A DNA stretch of 64,000 nucleotides from Magallana gigas (taxonomy: Eukaryota): the NCBI RefSeq assembly GCF_963853765.1, contig NC_088859.1, positions 51,894,001 through 51,958,000 of the forward strand, given 5' to 3'. Made by a program: the position numbers and the translations under genes. The notes under the pieces were generated by a model that saw only the letters and a program-made list of their open reading frames with translations, was not told the DNA's origin and did not search any database. Positions 27,701-39,400 of this stretch are shown one piece after another; the stretch's first letter is position 1; every line of letters begins with the position of its first letter.

Positions 27701-30700
27701 GCGGTCATAACTGTCTGCCCCTGCATCTGCGACTATCAACATAAAGTCGTTCATTTGAGCATATAGGAGGATTCAATTCTTTATAAAGTCAGATGCTTCT
27801 GACAGTGAGCTTACGGCTTGCTTACCTGGCCTGATAATGTGACCCTCGGCATCCCTGGGCATACGGAAGCTGTTCCCCAGGCCTCGCCTCTCTACTTTCA
27901 CTTTTGGGCGGTCCATTAAATCCTCCTGTTCTCGAATCTGCTTCTGTGTTCTTCCTGAATACCGGAAGCGCGAGTTAAACCTAGGAATGAGAGTACCGGT
28001 ACTGTTCTTCTCTGGTTCCTTTAATCTGTAAAAAAGGACATCCATTCATGATTAAAAAGAGGGGCATGCCTGGTAACCAAACATTATTCCATCAAATAGG
28101 CAATGAAAAATAATATATCCTGATACTAATATCAAAAGGAAGGACTTCTCAGAAATGCTATAGATCAGATTAACAAACAAACAAACCTGAAGAAGGTGTG
28201 ATGTTCTACACAGGTTTTCCATAATCTTTTGGCTAATTTATGTGAATCTAATTTAAAACATATTGTAGTCTCCTGATCTCCCTGAAAGATAAAACAGAAT
28301 AAAAAAATTTAGCACTTTTTTTATTTTACTATCGGTAGTATTTCATATTTGAACTTTATATTTGATCAGAAAAATTTCATGCCTGTAAATATGAATTAAC
28401 TCACCTCTGTTTGTCGAAGTTTGATGTAGAAGTTGTTTCTTTTATAAGTGAGTTTGATGATCTTGGGCCAGACAAATCGGTTGATCCTAAGTTTTTCTCT
28501 GTAGAGCTGAAGGCCACTTGCACACACGCCCAGCATAATGACCCTGTTCTCAGAGTCCTACAAGAATCACATCAAATATACTGACAATACACTGTAGTGT
28601 AATATACTGACAATACACTGTAGTGTTACATCAAATATACTGACAATACACTGTAGTGTCACATCAAATATACTGACAATACACTGTAGTGTCACATCAA
28701 ATATACTGACAATACACTGTAGTGTAATATACTGACAATACACTGTAGTGTCACATCAAATATACTGAAAATACACTGTAGTGTCACATCAAATATACTG
28801 ACAATACACTGTAGTGTCACATCAAATATACTGCCAATACAATGTAGTGTCTGAAGAAGACTTATACTGACAATACACTTTAGTGTCACATCAAATATAC
28901 TGACAATACACTGTAGTGTCACATCAAATATACTGACAATACACTGTAGTGTCACATCAAATATACTGACAATACACTGTAGTGTAATATACTGACAATA
29001 CACTGCAGTGTCACATCAAATATACTGACAATACACTGTAGTGTCACATCAAATATACTGACAATACACTGTAGTGTCACATCAAATATACTGCCAATAC
29101 AATGTAGTGTCTGAAGAAGACTTATACTGACAATACACTGTAGTGTCTGAAGAAGACTTATTCACACAAATCTTGGGTATTCTTATAAGATTTTTTATCA
29201 AAAGTTTATGTTATCCTTTTAGTGTTCAATGACTACCTTAATGACAGTGATTCATGTATTTACTGTTTTATTGTTGCTATGACACTAAGCCTGTCCCTAT
29301 GACACTAAGCTTGTCCCTATGACACTAAGCTTGTCCCTATGACACTAAGCTTGTCCCTATGACTCTAACCCTGTCCCTATGACACTAAGCTTGTTGCTAT
29401 GACACTAAGCCTGTCCCTATGACACTAAGCTTGCCCCTATGACACTTAGCTTGTCCCTATGACACTAAGCTTGTCCCTATGACTCTAACCCTGTCCCTAT
29501 GACACTAAGCTTGTTGCTATGACACTAAGCCTGTCCCTATGACACTAAGCTTGCCCCTATGACACTAAGCTTGTCCCTATGACACTAAGCTTGTCCCTAT
29601 GACACTAAGCTTGTCCCTATGACACTAAGCTTGTCCCTATGAATCTTAGCTTGTCCTTATGACACTTAGCTTGTTGCTATGACACTGATCTTGTCTCTAT
29701 GACATTGACCTACTCTCTATGACACTGACCTTTGCTTTGTGCAGGTCCACTCCATACATGGCAAGCTTCTTTGCATTCTCTAGGAAGTTTAACTCTGCTT
29801 CCTCTGGGGTCTGTCCTCTGTAACAAAATCAACATTCCTATTACCACAATCCCCAGATCTGGTCAATTTTAATTTTTTTTTAGAATAAACCTTACAATAG
29901 TCTGAACCTCCACTGCTAGAACCACTTACTTGTGTGTTTTGTGTAGTTCGTGAATTTTCTGTGACAGTTCTGGGGTCTGTTGTGGAGCAAAATCAAAAGC
30001 TTTCAGATAATCGTCCCCGGGGCCGTCTTCCTGTGGGTCGTAGTCGCCTATCTCTGCCTGCACTGTGTAGGAGCCCAGGATGGCGTGGGTCATGAATGAA
30101 CAGGGCAGCCTACAATCAGAGTAACGCTGTGTAACTTTGTTCACAGTTAGCAATGCCGAAGAGTAGCACTAATGTAACAAAGCATGGGAAGTCTTTACTT
30201 ACTTTCCATTGTAGATGTCTGCTCTGATCTGTAAACACAACTGGTATCTGAAAAACACAAGAATCTAATGAACATTCTGTCATCTGACTTGTTTCTGTAC
30301 TGTAGAGCGTTCCATCAAAGCAACCAATGCTTTCTTTTATACATTTACTGTATTATTTCAATTTATTTCATTTTGATAAAATTCAAAATTGCGAAAATTC
30401 TTCATTCACTACCATTGCTACCAATTTCAATCAGTGTATAGTTAAGCAGTTATACATAAGCCATGCTGTCTACTATGTATTTAATCAGTGTATAGTTAAG
30501 CAGTTATACACAAGTCGTGCTGTCTACTATGTATTTAATCAGTGTATAGTTAAGCAGTTATACACAAGCCACGCTGTCTACTATGTATTTAATCAGTGTA
30601 TAGTTAAGCAGTTATACACAAGCCACGCTGTCTACTATGTATTTAATCAGTGTATGGTTAAGCAGTTATACACAAGTCGTGCTGTCTACTATGTATTTAA

Positions 30701-32820
30701 TCAGTGTATAGTTAAGCAGTTATACACAAGCCGTGCTGTCTACTTTGTATTTAATCAGTGTATAGTTAAGCAGTTATACACAAGCCACGCTGTCTACTTT
30801 GTATTTAATCAGTGTATGGTTAAGCAGTTATACACAAGCCGTGCTGTCTACTTTGTATTTAATCAGTGTATAGTTAAGCAGTTATACACAAGTCGTGCTG
30901 TCGTCTTTGTATTTAATCAGTGTATGGTTTAGCAGTTATACACAAGCCACGCTGTCTACTATGTATTTAATCAGTGTATGGTTAAGCAGTTATACACAAG
31001 CCGTGCTGTCTACTTTGTATTTAATCAGTGTATAGTTAAGCAGTTATACACAAGCCACGCTGTCTACTTTGTATTTAATCAGTGTATGGTTAAGCAGTTA
31101 TACACAAGTCGTGCTGTCTACTATGTATTTAATCAGTGTATGGTTAAGCAGTTATACACAAGTCGTGCTGTCGTCTTTGTATTTAATCAGTGTATGGTTT
31201 AGTACAATTATGTGTCATGCTACTTTGTATCTGATAAGTTGATCAGTGAAGTGTTAGGCACAGCACTACATATTTCATTCTGTCTACTTTGCAAGGCCTA
31301 CCTTGTGACATCCTCACTCAGGTGAGACGGCTCAGGGGGATAAAACTTGACAGCGAACTCAAAAACCCAGGTCCCACCTACACACAAATCAAAATCAATT
31401 AGACATGTCAAATCTAAAATACAAGTCCCAACCAAGAAAATATGCAACATTAATTGATTAAGGCATTATCTTTCACACTACTGAAAACAAGAAAAACAAA
31501 CAAGTAGATTTTGTACAAGCTACTTTCACAAATAAAAAAATAAAATTACTTCCTACATGTCAGTGGTACTTACTTTTCACTTGTTTAGCTATTTTCTTAT
31601 CATGGTTCACCCAGTACTGTTACAAAAGAAAAATAATGATTTGTCAATTTTCTATTCCTCAATAAGGCACAGTGCAAAATCTGTTATGGTATGAATTTGT
31701 GTAAAATACTATAGCTCAATATGTATATATAAAAACTAATCATTTATATATCTATTACATTAGTCTTGATAATAGCTTTTAAAATAGAAAGTAGGATTTT
31801 TGATTAACCTGTACAGTGCTTTAAATGAACCTGTGCGGTTCAAGAGTAAAATGGTGTATATAACACATACCTTTACATCTTGTGCTCCTGTATAGGTTAA
31901 ACCAAAATATTCTTTTTCATTTATGCACAGCTTTTTGCAAACTTCATCAAACAATTCTCTTCCCTCAGCATTTCTCTGCAGGTAAAAAAACATTCAACTG
32001 TAAGTATGTAGTAAATACATCACGGATATTGGAGTTGTCTTTCTTGCCCAAATCTCTTATATATATATACATCATTGGGGAAGTACCCACTTTTGGTCGT
32101 CTTGATGGATTATTTTATATTGTATTATTGATACCGGTAATCATATGAACTATACGGAATATTTCAAACAAGTACTGACAAATCTTCATTCACAGCTGAA
32201 TTTATTCAGATGCAATAAGAATCCGGCAATGATTGTATTTCTATTGTTGTTTGTGAATATCCCTCTGAGTGATGGATGGCTTAATGTTTTATTTCTTTAT
32301 ATCCTGTCAGAATTTACAGGGCTGATTATGTGAAATAGGCAAAACATAACTTGTGATCGAGAGACCTTGAAAAACAACAAAATATGTTCAGAAGTTTGAC
32401 CAGGTTTTTGTTTGACAGGAATGAAAATTTTATATTACCGGGAATATGAAATTGTCCAAATTTTATTCTACAACAACAGCAATTAGAATCAGAATGCTTC
32501 ATTGATATTCTCTTTATAAAGAGTAATATATTAACGGGCCAAACACTGAGCAAATTTGAAGAGACAAACAACTGAAGCAACTTCAAAAGCTTGGATCAGG
32601 ATAAAGAATGTATTATTGAGGAAAGAAAATAACATGAGCCAATATCTAATGTTGTGTACTATTTCTCTAAAGATTCGCTTACATTAATGTCAGTTTCAAA
32701 ATCATTCCCATCAAGCAGCAGAACACGACACAGCACCATCTTGTTCGACTTTTGCTGCGTCGGTTTTAGAACCGATGTCTCCTGGCCCCCTTGATGCAGT
32801 GAATTCTTTCTGTCGTTATC
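18789..32820 (-). CDS. EPB41/cora: Protein 4.1 / coracle-type FERM protein (FERM, FA, long K/E-rich middle, 4.1 CTD); about 1376 aa from the first confident exon
   Basis: 23 GT-AG exons join in frame: 32820-32683, 31975-31871, 31616-31574, 31377-31302, 30247-30203, 30109-29930, 29817-29730, 28557-28405, 28281-28187, 28025-27826, 27732-27542, 27137-26916, 26716-26654, 26473-26207, 25370-23994, 23906-23862, 22879-22814, 22377-22282, 21633-21538, 21103-20942, 20786-20583, 19243-19148, 18911-18789. Motifs: [89 protein letters not shown]; [14 protein letters not shown]...[24 protein letters not shown]. The true start and some middle exons are less certain. Confidence 0.93.
19845..20250. repeat. 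Degenerate ~40-bp intronic minisatellite, about 9-10 copies
   Basis: CTGGACTCTCTATCTAGTGGTTGATGAATTATCTATAT variants. Confidence 0.8.
23640..23815. repeat. 57-59-bp intronic tandem repeat, 3 copies
   Basis: TCTGTTAACAAT(A/G)TGAGAGAGCCTACTAA recurs at about 23648, 23705 and 23764. Confidence 0.85.
27301..27520. mobile_element. MITE of the same family as 5951-6171, TA-flanked
   Basis: T|ACTGTGGAATCATTAAAATTC ... GAAATCTAATGATTCCGCAGT|A. Confidence 0.75.
28568..29160. repeat. 33/26-bp intronic minisatellite
   Basis: CACATCAAATATACTGACAATACACTGTAGTGT units directly abutting the acceptor of exon 28557. Confidence 0.9.
29279..29733. repeat. 20-bp intronic minisatellite, about 22 copies
   Basis: ATGACACTAAGCTTGTCCCT units running up to the donor at 29729. 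Confidence 0.9.
30427..31200. repeat. 54-bp intronic minisatellite, about 14 copies
   Basis: TCAGTGTATAGTTAAGCAGTTATACACAAGCCACGCTGTCTACTATGTATTTAA; produces the spurious 18-aa-repeat ORFs. Confidence 0.95.
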
Positions 32821-34245
32821 CTGGAACAAAACAGAATATTGAATTTGTTATCCCAAAAATTCACATTTACATTGCATGATTCATCTTCAATGGCATTCAT
32901 CAAAGTGAAGGAGGTAGGCTAGCAAGATCTATCACAATCAATACTCTGTAGTAAACAGACGATTGTTTAGCACAGCGTAATTCTTTAATACACTAGAGGT
33001 ACAACTTGATTATTACTGATTAATGTAAATAAATCCAAGTAAGTCTGTGCTATGGGTCCACTTCATGAAACAAAACAAGTAAGTCTGTCTATGGGTCCAC
33101 TTCTTGAAGCAAAACTCAAAAGGTCAGTGGAAGTGAGAACACACTGACAAGTTAATGACTACTCTAAGCGCTGGTAGGTGGTCTGAAAGGAGTGATAATT
33201 TGGACGACCCAAATCACTCCGCAATCATCACCCCGGGGGGCATCGCGACACCGCGCCGCTGTACCGGGGGCAGCGGCTCTGATGGGTACTGTTATAACCC
33301 TCTATGGTCAGTAATACGTATTTTATTCATACAAACAATTTTTCGACATAAAAAGAACATCCATGACTCTATATAAAACCATTATTACGTTTCATTAGGC
33401 ATACAGAGATAAGAATATTTACGACTTAAGGTATCGGGTGTATACATTGTGTATGCATACCCCGCCATGCCTCAGCAAATTCAAAATAACACAAAATTAG
33501 GTCACATTTAATCTCAGGTTAACTGAATGTTAACAATCATGTTAAATGTTCACACATATTGTAATTAAATATCAGCTACAAAACCTACCGGTAAGATTAA
33601 ATATAATGCCCGTGAATCTGTCTATCTCTCTGATCAAGCGAGATTGTTAGAAAGCTATGACATCACACCCTTCCCAAAATTCCCCGCTTCTAGGAAAGGT
33701 GAAGGTCGTGTGAAGTGGGAAATCCAAAGCGACATTCACAAGTTTCAAGTCTAGGTAAACTGTGTCCTGTTTATATGAAAAACAGAATCTGTGATTCTGC
33801 CCAATTCATGTTAATCAATAGTATGCAACTATGCTGCTGCATTAATTCGAATTTCCTCACTCACCACAACATCATGCATAGCTATACACATGTAGGCTGT
33901 TGCAGTATATTACTATGCCTACATACTCAGTAAAACGTCCCTGATTTCATCAAGGGCTTTAATCGGACACGTATCATTATGATCTTTAAAACTAGATATG
34001 GAGAAGAATTGTTTCATTTTCTGTAGAACATCTTTTAAATGTATCATTTCAACTTTTGATTATTTATCTGATAACATCTTTCATGTGTATCAAAAATGTA
34101 TAGGCCGTATATAGGCTACATTTCAGATTTGCAATATTGCAAGTTGTGTAGTTAATTAACAAAGATGATTTCTAACCAATTGATAAAAAAACAAACAAAA
34201 CAATATAAAAAAATTATCTTGATAAAGCTGATCGAGTTCATACAT

Positions 34246-34486
34246 CAGAGTATTATTTGAATTAATTTGGATATTTTGATTCTTGGAATTTTTGGCTTTT
34301 AAGAAAATTGCCCTTAGTTAGACTACTCATAAGGAAAATTCATGTTAATTGACTAAGTTAGTTATAACTAACACATCAAACAATAAAAATTCTTGTCACA
34401 TGTCAAAGGTAGTCTAACTAAGGGCATTATCTTAAAGGCCATAAATTCCAAGAATCAAAATAATTCCAAATTCAAATAATACTCTG
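34246..34486. mobile_element. Foldback/MITE-like element with about 80-bp imperfect inverted arms
   Basis: CAGAGTATTATTTGAATT...CCCTTAGTTAGACTAC (34246-34326) versus GTAGTCTAACTAAGGG...TTCAAATAATACTCTG (34409-34486). Confidence 0.7.
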
Positions 34487-34589
34487 TTATACATGCATGT
34501 GCAACTTCATACACAGAACCTCAGTAGCTTAAATTATAACAAAACTGAAACGATCTCTCTCTCTCTCTTTTAAATTGCTCACAGTAGCA

Positions 34590-36467
34590 ACTTAATTGTG
34601 AGTTATCCCTATACTGATGCATATGTGGACACATTGCACAGATATACTGATGAATGGAATTTATCTGTTAATGTACAAAAAACCAAAATTGTAATTTTTA
34701 GAAACGGAAAATGTGTTAAAGATAATGAAAAATGGGAATACAATAGCAAATACGTAGAAGTAGTGAATCAATTTAACTATCTTGGTATGTTGTTTTAACT
34801 ACAATGGTAAATTTTTATCTACACAAAAGCAATGTTCAGCATATCTAGTAAAATGAAAGATTTGAATTTTAATGTTGAAACTCAATTGAATGTTTTTGAT
34901 ACTTTAATATGTAAAAAGTGTACTTGGTTATGGTGCTGAAATTTGTGGATTCCATAAAGGTCAAGATGTAGAAAAAGTCCATATAAATTTTTGTAAGAAT
35001 TAAGGTTTTGGGTGTTAGAAAAAATACTTGCAACAGTGCAGTTTATTATGAAGTAGGCAGATTTCCATTAGAGATTTTCAGGAAACAAAAAATTTTTAAA
35101 TACTGGTTTAAATTAAGAAACAGTAAAAACTGTATTTTAAAAGCATGCTACGAAGACATGGTGAAAAATAATGACATATGGATTTCAAATATTAGGAAAG
35201 AATTGTCCATCTTAGGCTTAGCCGATTTATATCAAAGTACTATGAAAGAGTCTGTTATTTTAGATATTATATTTAAAGCTGCTTGGTCCGATTTTTTATC
35301 AAATTTTATGCACGCTTTTAAACGATGGTTATGCTTAGTATATGTATAATAATAGACATTGCAGTTGTTTTCCCAGTCAATTAAGCCAAATTTCAATGAA
35401 GAAAAATACGTACACATTATTGCTAACAAAACAAACGACATAAAAGGGTACCGCGTTATTTCGCCTCATGTTAAATTTCACCCCTGACGACGAGGCGGGT
35501 ATAGTTGTATTACGACTTTGTCATCGCTTTGAATCGCTTTGAATAAGGGTCGAAATGATCAGACAAATTACAAATAAACATGTGTACGTTTTGTTCGCTA
35601 ATATTTCTGAAGTTTGTTTTCTTTACAATCGATGCAGAGCATGCGTGTTGAATGACCCCTATCATTCGGGGGACGAAACCAAATGGTTTCTTTTTCTAAA
35701 CATTCCCGTGATGCATTTTGGTTTGTTTTTTCGTTTGCCCAAAGAGAAATTATTTTTATTTACTTTGAATATCTCTAACTTTGAAAGGAGATTGATTCTG
35801 CTGGTGTAAATAGGAGAAAGTCCATAACTTTCTACGATAAATGGTTTGTATGGAAAAAATTTTGATACTGTAATAACAAATAAATCGGACCAAGCAGCTT
35901 TAATAGAATGTGTGATGTCTTTAAACAAAAAGTTGCTAACGATATAAGCAATGCATCAAAATGTATATTATATAAACATGTTGTTGATCATTTTTGTTTA
36001 CAAGTTTACCTAAAGAAACCAATTCATGTAAAATATCGTAAATTAATTACACGCTTACGGTTGTCCTCACATGACTTAAAGATTGAAACAGGGAGGTATG
36101 ATAATTTAACACGTGATTGTCGAAAATGTGAATCTTGCAACTTAAATGTAATTGAAGATGAGTTCCATTTTTTACTTATTTGTCCATCACTTTGTAGTTT
36201 AAGAGATAAGTATATTAAAAAATACTACTCCCGAAAACCAAGTGTCTATAAAGTTATACAGTTATTATCTACCTCTAATACTAAAGAACTGTGTAATTTA
36301 GGTAAATATTTATATTATGCAAACAAGCAACGAACTCTCCATGTGAATTATCCAAATTGATTATGTACACTTTGTTTTTCTTACTGTTTATTTAATATGT
36401 ATATGTTCATATGTATAACCTATGAGACATTTGTCTCTTGGAATAAAGAACTTGAACTTGAACTTGA
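34590..36467 (+). mobile_element. 5'-truncated, decayed CR1-type LINE interrupted by a DNA transposon
   Basis: WNLSVNVQKTK, FNYLG, LGVRKNT..AVYYEVGRFPL, LRLSSHDLKIETGRY...CESC..IEDEFHFLLIC. Frameshift near 34798. Tail AATAAAG(AACTTG)n at 36442-36467. Related to the 12151-12842 fragment. Confidence 0.88.
35277..35899. mobile_element. Kolobok-like non-autonomous DNA transposon (623 bp)
   Basis: TTAA TSD at 35273-35276 and 35900-35903. TIR AGCTGCTTGGTCCGATTT / AAATCGGACCAAGCAGCT. TTAA with RR...YY ends fits Kolobok. Confidence 0.85.
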
Positions 36468-39400
36468 CAACTCATGGTACAGTATTGGCAAAGCCACTCA
36501 TGCAGGCATGTTAAATACAGATTAAAAATCTATTCAGAGTGATATATGAAAATAGATTTGCAATATGAGTTCAGCAATAATAATATACTGTCATATATAT
36601 GGTACATTAACTGAATGTATGAAATTAATTTTGACCCAACTCTTAAAATTATGATTGTCGAATGAAAATTAGATCAGCAGCTCTATATGTCATGTCATAT
36701 AATGAAATTGATAACTGCATTTATTTTGTGCTTCCACCCCCTCCCCCACCCCCTCCCCCACCCCAACACAGATGCCTCAATTCACATCAGTAATCTGATA
36801 ATTTCTAGAAGTCTCTATAATGAGTAGATGTAGTACTGCATGGGACATTTGACTTAGTACAAGAGGATCAATAGCTTACTAATGGGATTAATGGTACAGT
36901 AACTGATGAACATCATCAAATTCACAATTAACGGTAATTACGGGAAGTTCCATTTTATCACAAGATGGTACCCAGCCTATGTCACTCTGTGCTGACATTA
37001 ACCTCACCAAGACTGTGTACTCAGGTCCACCATATGTCACTCATAATTACTTTATTGATTGATTAATTATAATAATATCAAGTAATGATTTATTATATAT
37101 CTCTTAAATAATTTAAGTAATCAATCAAGAAGTGAATTTTTGAAAAGAAATGTATTTAAACACATACCTCAATGTAAGTCATGGCCTATTTTAGAACAGC
37201 CGTAATTTTTTTACTTCTTTGTGATATTGGACACTTGTTATTCAGAAAACATATGTTACATAATGTTATTATAGCTAGGGCCCTAGGGGAGATGATCATA
37301 GCCTACACAAGTTATATGTGTAGAGACTGAGAGAGGTGACGCTTACCTCGGGGTGCACAAACCATAAGGAAGTAAGAGCACCAAGGTGTTAGGATACATA
37401 CAAGTCATCTGTGTCGTGTACAGGTGGAAAATGAAATTTGGTCCAAATTCCCAAAGTCCATTGTAACAAAGCATACTTAGTAATATCACAACCTCATATT
37501 TTTATTTAGATGCAGACATTGAAGGTCAGTTATTTTTGAATGAGTACCGTACTAGCATTTTTGTTTCAACAAGTTGGAAAGTCTAAGAACTATTCTGATG
37601 TTGTTTTATAGCTTGGAGTAATATGTTTGTGGAAGTACAAATATGCTTATTTTGCATCTCTAAGTTTTCCTCAGATCATGTTATGGTTTTTGGTAAATAT
37701 AAAAAGCTGAAAATGCTTTTAGAAATATTAAAAATGGAATGGTAATGTTATGACAATATTCATGTTTCTATTGATTTTGGCAATCATGCCCTTTCTGTAT
37801 AGTTTTTGGCTGACATGCATATACGATAACAGAATTTTGTTAACTGCATGCACTCTGGATTCAGAAATTGGATGACATTAAGGATTGATGATTGATCTGT
37901 TAAATGTAACATATTGAGGTGTAAATGTTTTAGTTAAAATTTAATGAAACTAGAGTAAATATGCAGGGTATGACTGTATAGATAAGTTAAGCAGTGGGAG
38001 ATATTAATAGTTCTTTCCATCTGAGTTTATCAGTAGTTAAAAAAGTCTAAGATAACATCCTTAAAGGTTTGGAATAATTTTAGCCCCCTAACGAACACAA
38101 CATCTGATTCATGGCAGTTATAAATTAGATTCTATGATGTTTGTTTTAAGGAGTCTGTAGATAAAGCTAAAATACACAAAACTCAGAACAGAAGTAGCAA
38201 TAAAATGGGGGCATCTGGGGGAGGACTTAATCCGCAGGTATCAGAGGGAACTCGGATGTCTCCGAGAGGAGTGGGTGAAATGTCTCGAGTTACCTCATCA
38301 CAAATATCAGGTTTCAGAACAGCTGAACACCTATATCCTGGGTCTCTGGCTGACCTGATGACACCTGGTTCTGACCTATACCTGGCTGGGGTTACCTTTG
38401 ATCTCATGCTCCCGTGCTTGCAATCTGGACAAAAACATCTGTTTTGTGTAACTGAGGGGAGAACTCCTGCCAGTGATGATGATGGAGGCTAACTTTACAG
38501 TGCATTAGCTGATGGGAGAGTATAGCTGCTGAGAACCACAGGCTCGGAGGAAAATGATTGATGGCATCTCTCTATCCATCTGTAGGTTTGATCAAGATAG
38601 AGAGGAGGCTTTGGTCTTCAATGTCATGAAAATCAGCCCTTAGATAACTAGCCAGAATCATTACATGATGTTGATTACTACTAACTGTCATTTCCTGTCT
38701 ACATGCCACAACATGACATTAAAGGACATTTTGCACATATTAACTTTGAAACTATTCCTAAATCTGTCTGATTTGTGTGATATGTACTGAGCTAGTGTCA
38801 GGGTTCTCCTAGGGCTCTCCAAGCTACGCTCAGCAGACATTGAAGGTTATTCGCACCAGATGACAAACAGAGATACAGGCATATATCACGGGCTTAAATG
38901 AATTCCAAACCACGGAAGCAGGTTAAATTATGTAGATAATGGCCAGACTGTCAATTTGACGTGAAAGTAGCTGAGGAAATGACAGATTTCTGTGTATTGA
39001 ACGGTGACCCCACTAACCCCCAATCTACTGGACAAACTGTGATCATTTACGTCTCGTTCTCTATGGTATCACAATTTTGGATCTTGAGAGGATGCTGGAT
39101 CATTAGAACATCAAAGTCAGCTGGCTCCCTGATATAATTCTCTGTATCCTAACACTCTGTGGGGAGCATAAAACAGAGAAAATCCACAGACACGTACACT
39201 GCTTCCTCTAAATGTTTTGAAGGAGATTGAAAAAAAAAGTTTCAAATGAATGATTTCATTGCTAAGATTAGTATCTCCCTTTTCTTTATATGTACATCTT
39301 GAGCACCATACCAGCAAATTTCCCAAAGAACAATATTTTTAGCAGTGTTGCTGGAAATCCCCCTCTTTATGGTATTGCTCTATGGCTCTTGTATTTTTTA

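Noticed and set aside
28568-31200. Regularly spaced repeats superficially resembling CRISPR arrays
   Set aside because: Head-to-tail minisatellites with no unique spacers, no cas genes, in eukaryotic introns.
30327-31202. 201-aa and 74-aa ORFs with 18-aa repeats
   Set aside because: Products of the 54-bp intronic minisatellite.
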